Part shown: one piece after another, positions 31,949-33,418 of the stretch
How the letters are laid out: the number at the start of each line of letters is the position of its first letter
How positions within the stretch are numbered: the first letter of the stretch is position 1
Source of the DNA: Ministeria vibrans ATCC 50519
Lineage: Eukaryota; Protista; Filasterea
Length of the DNA stretch: 33,418 nt
Direction: 5' to 3'
Assembly: GCA_943704425.1 (NCBI GenBank)
Contig: CALSCP010002169.1
Span: 1-33,418 of the forward strand
Notes under the pieces: generated by a model
Told to the model about the DNA's origin: nothing
What the model saw: only the letters and a program-made list of their open reading frames with translations
Database searches by the model: none
Made by a program: the position numbers and the translations under genes

Positions 31949-33418
31949 ATGTGCACCCTTGCGTGGATTCTCGTAGCGGTACTTGCGCTCTCAAGCCCCA
32001 GCGCCGGCGCTGCTTGCGCTTGTGGCAACGGAGGAACGAGCATTGCCGAACCGGATTCCAATGAGTGCATGTGCCACTGCGCTGCCGGATTCACAGGAGA
32101 CACCTGTGCACAGACCATTTCCGAGTCGTGCAGCTCCAATCCTTGCATGAACAATGCTCCATGTAAGACAGACCAAAAGAAGTCAAAAAAAATTTTTCTC
32201 TCGAGTTTGTCTTCGCGGTCTCTTTCTCGCTTGCTTTGTGGCCTACTGGGCCATTGTTCGACCCGAAACACCTGTTTCGCGCAAAAGGGGTCGAGTACTA
32301 TCCAACCTCCACTTTATCGCGAGCGGAACTTCCACCAATATCATTGTTTGCTGCCGTCACCTCTGCTTGCTTGCGCAGGGCGCCAATGCGTGTGGCGGCG
32401 GTGCTTTCCCCCCCGGCGCACTTTGTGCAGTGTCTGCCATCCGTATGGGCGCTCACACGGGGCCACCTTCGGCTCACGCACAGCGATAATTGTTTTATTG
32501 ACGTCACCAAGGCGTATCTTATTCTCACCTCGCGTCTATTCATTCCTCAGGCTCTGGACTCGGCATTGGCGATTTCACGGGTGGCACCAACTCAACAAAC
32601 TTTGCGAAGCACACCGTTGGACTTCGCTTCAAGACGACGGAATCAATTGTTGTCACTCATTTGGGCAGTCATGACTTCCTCGGCTCGGGTCTCCTCACGG
32701 ACCGAACGGTCGGTCTGTGGGACTCGGGCGGTAACCTTCTTGCCAGCACAGTTCTCGAGGCTGGGGCAGGCGCTCCGCTGCGGGGCGGCTACCGTCTCAA
32801 GAAACTCGCGAACAGCATTACCCTCAAGGCGAATAAGGAGTTCTCCATTGGTCAGCGTAGCGCCACCACCTACCAGTACAAGTGGCAGCTCGAGCGACTC
32901 ATAACACACCCTTCCGTCCTGTGGGTGGGAGCCCGTGTTAGCACTCAGACCACCTTCGCCAACCCGACAGACGACAGCTACAACTATTTTGGCCGTCTCA
33001 CCGCCACGTTTGTCGTCGCCGGCGACACCTATGGCACCTACGTGTGCGACTGTCCGTCGGGGTACACGGGCAGCCAGTGCGACGTCAACATTAACCCGTG
33101 CGGCTCGAGCCCATGTGAGAATGGTGCCTCCTGCATCGATGATGTCAACGGCTACACATGCTCGTGTGCCGCTGGCTACAGCGGAGACAAATGCCAAAAC
33201 GACATTGACGAGTGTGCTTCTGTTCCCTGTCAGAACAGCGCCACTTGTGTTGATGGAGTTGACGGATTCACTTGCTCCTGTACAGCCGGATACGATGGCA
33301 CGCTGTGTAACAACAACATCGACGAGTGCGCGTCTGCTCCCTGTCAGAATGGCGCCTCGTGCACCGACGGAGTCGACGGCTACACCTGCACATGTGCTCT
33401 TGGCTACAATGGCGTTGA
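31949..33418 (+). CDS. EGF-repeat surface protein, paralog of the left adhesion GPCR (5' part; runs off the right edge; second exon absent from the ORF track)
   Basis: Exon 31949-32162 holds the signal peptide, EGF1 and half of EGF2. A phase-1 intron spans 32163-32550. The open exon from 32551 reads C-[164-aa DUF4082-like insert: TVGLRF...VTHLGSHDFLGSGLLTDRTVGLWDSGGNLLAS...GYR..L...ITL...FANP...FG]-CDCPSGYTGSQC, followed by three more EGF repeats. Confidence 0.85.

Overview
This is a gene-dense, intron-containing window from a eukaryote. GC-rich exons alternate with short GT-AG introns rich in AT and microsatellites. The gene set suggests a unicellular relative of animals, but that is inference only. 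I spliced ten protein-coding genes by hand, and reading frame is kept across every junction listed. From left to right they are: a POT1-like telomere OB-fold gene (runs off the left edge); NAA50; an EGF-GAIN/GPS-7TM adhesion GPCR; the 3' end of an ABCG transporter after an N-gap; a giant single-pass receptor of about 4,889 aa with about 76 Notch-type EGF repeats; DDX3/Ded1; GATD1 (PDDC1); a Golgi-type glycosyltransferase-like gene; a QA-rich gene with a CBM2-like segment; and the 5' part of a third EGF gene (runs off the right edge). The main signal is that three surface-protein genes contain eight EGF repeats split at the same place, between Cys3 and Cys4, by 164-199 aa inserts. The inserts fall into two families that resemble bacterial extracellular domains: a DUF4082-like family and a 'WDGxSN' family. 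The giant gene has six phase-0 introns at one identical EGF position. The two outer genes share near-identical EGF DNA in shuffled order. Together this suggests a modular, recombining receptor family that displays domains on an EGF scaffold. Family names come from motif recall, not database searches.
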